Source: Geosiphon pyriformis uo1 (Eukaryota; Fungi; Glomeromycota). From it: a DNA stretch of 64,000 nucleotides. Positions 61,429 to 64,000 of the stretch are shown piece by piece. Each line of letters opens with the position of its first letter. Position 1 is the first letter of the stretch. The stretch is from assembly GCA_016748015.1 (NCBI GenBank), contig JAAOMT010000627.1, positions 248,001-312,000 of the forward strand. Direction: 5' to 3'. A model generated the notes under the pieces. It was not told the DNA's origin. It saw nothing but the letters and a program-made list of their open reading frames with translations, and did not search any database. A program made the translations under genes and the position numbers.

Positions 61429-62814
61429 ATAGATCCCAGAAACTACAGCAATCTTAAAAATTATTTGGAGACTCTTACCATGCCAGAAAACTGGTCTCCA
61501 AGGAAAAAACACCGCTTACAACACCAATTAAAACAATATTTCATACACCAGAACAAAATCTATTATAAAAATCACAGAAAACCAAACCAGCCACTCAGAT
61601 TAGTACAAGAGAATGAAAAAGAAACAATTTTATATAACATGCACACAGATCCGTCTTCAGCACACTTGGGAAAAGAGTGAACAATTCAAAGAACCCTTGA
61701 ATATTATTTTTGGCCTCACATGCAAAAAGACATTTGACAATATGTAGAATTTTGTGATAATTGTCAAAGAAGAGGAGGAACTCGTCCCACAAAACCTTTA
61801 AATCCAATCAAAGTTGGACAACCTTTTGACAGAGTTGGAATTAATTTAGTCAGACCATTACCTATCACAACCCAAGAAAATTGTTATATTGTAGTTACAG
61901 TGAATTATTTTACCAAATGGTCTGAAGTTAGAGCCATTCAAAGAGCAGATGCAAAATCAGTAGCAAATTTCATCTATGAAGACATTATCTGTAGACATGG
62001 ATGCCTAATTGAACTCTTATCTGATCAAGGAACACATTTTGTGAACAACTTGATACAAGAAATTTGTGAATGGTTCAATGTTAAAAGATTTTTATCATCA
62101 CCTTATCACTCTCAAACAAATAGACTTGTAGAATGTTTTAACAGAATATTGTGTGAATCTTTAGCCAAAGTCTCAACAGAATTTGAGCAGGAATGGGATA
62201 TCTTTATTCCATTAGTGTTACTAGCATACAGAACACTAAAACAAGATACTATGAAACACACACCATTTGATCTTACTTATAGAAGAACAGCAATATTACC
62301 AATTAATTTTACAGTGGAAACATACCCAATGCAACCAATCAATGAAGAAAACTTTTAAGAGACACTTCAAAAAAGAGCCTACACTCTTTTTAGTACACTG
62401 GAAGAAAAAAGAAGAATAGCAGCAACTCATATTGAATATTCTCAAGCTCAACAAAAAGAAAGACATGACAACAAATTACCACCTATTACCAACGAATTTA
62501 AAGTTGGAAATAAAGTTTTCTTACACAGAATTAAGGCTGAAAAACAATGGAGTGGGAAATTTGAAAACAAATGGGATGGACCATTTTATATTCACGAAAT
62601 TCTAGGCAATGGATCATATAAGTTAAGACTTAATGACAAAATATTAGCAAAAGTTGTACATAGAGACAGATTGAAACACTATCATTCCAGAAACAATCCT
62701 GAACCATTAATTCCACAAATTGGTACACATTTCCCTTTAATTAATTCTGAAGATATTCTCTGAAATTTAGAACCAATAATTATAATAAAACAACAACCAA
62801 ACTTGAATCCTTAA
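61429..62814 (+). pseudogene. Gypsy D integrase (separate ORF, start ATG>ATA)
   Basis: (ATA)DPRNYSNLKNYL; HTD..H..CDNC; SDQGTHF; WDGPFYI. Confidence 0.9.
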
Positions 62815-62956
62815 ATTTTACAATAATTCTCTAATAAAAACACAAAGACAAAAATAGTAAATAATTACAAAACACCCAGACCCAAAAACAAATAAAAACC
62901 CCATATCCAAAAATAATTTTCTTTATTCTTTCTTTTCATAATTAGTCAATTTTATC

Positions 62957-63664
62957 ATGATTATTCTCCGAAATATTCAACAAATATCCCAAAAATTAAT
63001 GTTAGCCTTAAAAACACTCCCTGACTTATCTATAACGATTAATAAAAGTCAAATTAATTACATTCAGAAAGAAACCACAGCCCCAGTAGCAAATCATTTA
63101 CAGAACTATCACCCCTATAAAAGAAAAACAAAAAGTCACTCGGAGAATAGATTACCAAGCCTTTTGAAGCAGGCACTAGAAGAAAATCTTTTAATTGCCC
63201 CTATTGACATTCCACCAAATACTACAATGCAACAAAAACTTCTACTACTTCTCAATGAACAGAACAATGAACACACCCCGATCTATAAATACTTTTACAT
63301 TGGAAAGACACTTTATGAACGAAAACTGGAACTTGAAACAACAAATCTCACTCCTAAAGCTATACAAAAACAAATTCACAATGAATTCAAAACAGCAGCT
63401 GAACCAACAAACACTCGCTACAAACTTAGAGCAGCTTTTAGACTCTATGATTTGTTTAATACTTGTGAAAATGTTCTACAAAATTCAATACTGCAACCAA
63501 TGAAAATCCAATACATTGGCAAACTCACAGAACTGAAATTTCAACAATTTTCAGACCAGATTACTTCAATTATTTTGAATCACTATCTCAATATTACAGA
63601 TAGTGCTTGGACTTTGACGGAGCTCAGTCTTGAAGAGGAGATTATGTTACCAGTAGAATTTTAG
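62957..63664 (+). CDS. Gypsy D ORF3, intact 235-aa protein of unknown function
   Basis: Open ATG-to-stop frame, homologous to ORF3 of A, B and C; overlaps the PPT and the first 20 nt of the LTR. Confidence 0.85.
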   Translation: MIILRNIQQISQKLMLALKTLPDLSITINKSQINYIQKETTAPVANHLQNYHPYKRKTKSHSENRLPSLLKQALEENLLIAPIDIPPNTTMQQKLLLLLNEQNNEHTPIYKYFYIGKTLYERKLELETTNLTPKAIQKQIHNEFKTAAEPTNTRYKLRAAFRLYDLFNTCENVLQNSILQPMKIQYIGKLTELKFQQFSDQITSIILNHYLNITDSAWTLTELSLEEEIMLPVEF

Positions 63665-64000
63665 CTATTAATTAGCATGAAATTACCCTTATAATTCCTA
63701 TAATTAATTAGTATATTAATATCATTTCAAATTATTATTTATTATTTAATCAATTATCACATATCACGAGTCAATCAAAATAATCTAATTAGTATAACAA
63801 AAAGTAGGATGATTAAATTACACAATATTTTGAACTTTGTAATATTCAAAAATTCGCCGAAATTATGAATAGTTCACTCAAATTAATCAATAGTTCAGTG
63901 AAATAACTTGTAGTTCATCAAAATGTATCTTTAATTCGCCGAAATTTGAGCAAAGAGAAAAAGTGCAAGTTCATAGACTAGTACTACAACAAGTTGTATA
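63645..64000 (+). repeat. Gypsy D 3' LTR (partial, diverged from the C LTRs)
   Basis: TGTTACCAG start after the PPT; shares TAGCATGAAA and TTCGCCGAAA repeats with the C LTR but with many indels. Confidence 0.9.

Larger units (their letters stand above)
54714..64000 (+). mobile_element. Gypsy D LTR retrotransposon, in tandem with C
   Basis: PBS at 55705, full internal region, PPT at 63632-63641, and a diverged LTR starting at 63645 that runs off the window. Confidence 0.93.

Noticed and set aside
62957-63664. ORF3 as an envelope gene
   Set aside because: It is too short and has no visible signal peptide, furin site plus fusion peptide, or transmembrane anchor.
1-64000. Host genes, tRNA/rRNA genes, CRISPR arrays, and the many short antisense ORFs in the ORF track
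   Set aside because: Nearly all sequence is accounted for by TE layers. The TGG motifs are primer-binding sites rather than tRNA genes, no repeat-spacer array was seen, and the antisense ORFs are shadows of TE coding frames.

Overview
This AT-rich eukaryotic window is made almost entirely of nested, decaying transposable elements. I found no host gene, RNA gene or CRISPR array. From memory the protein style resembles Glomeromycotina fungi such as Geosiphon; this is inference and unverified. Contents: (i) four recognisable non-LTR retrotransposons (LINE-1 to LINE-4) with ORF1 (CCHC) and ORF2 (APE-RT-RNaseH-CCHC), two of them full length with TSDs; (ii) a pogo/Tigger DNA transposon (1785-6051, TA TSD) carrying about 2.2 kb of cargo, inserted in the 3' UTR of LINE-1; (iii) four Ty3/Gypsy internal regions (A 8609-18810, B 29581-39581, and C+D in tandem from 45822 to beyond 64000) plus two solo LTRs, with 4-bp TSDs wherever both ends are visible; (iv) the extremely AT-rich 'spacers', which turn out to be older LINE and LTR copies eroded by C>T/G>A. 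The main candidate for a new system is the Gypsy architecture shared by all four divergent copies. It runs GUG-initiated gag-protease-(Cys-rich domain)-dUTPase-(dUTPase-like domain)-RT-RNaseH followed by a stop. Integrase (no chromodomain) follows as a separate ATG ORF, and a third, non-env ORF of about 235 aa runs up to or through the PPT. The integrase region of element A is scrambled by four scaffold gaps.
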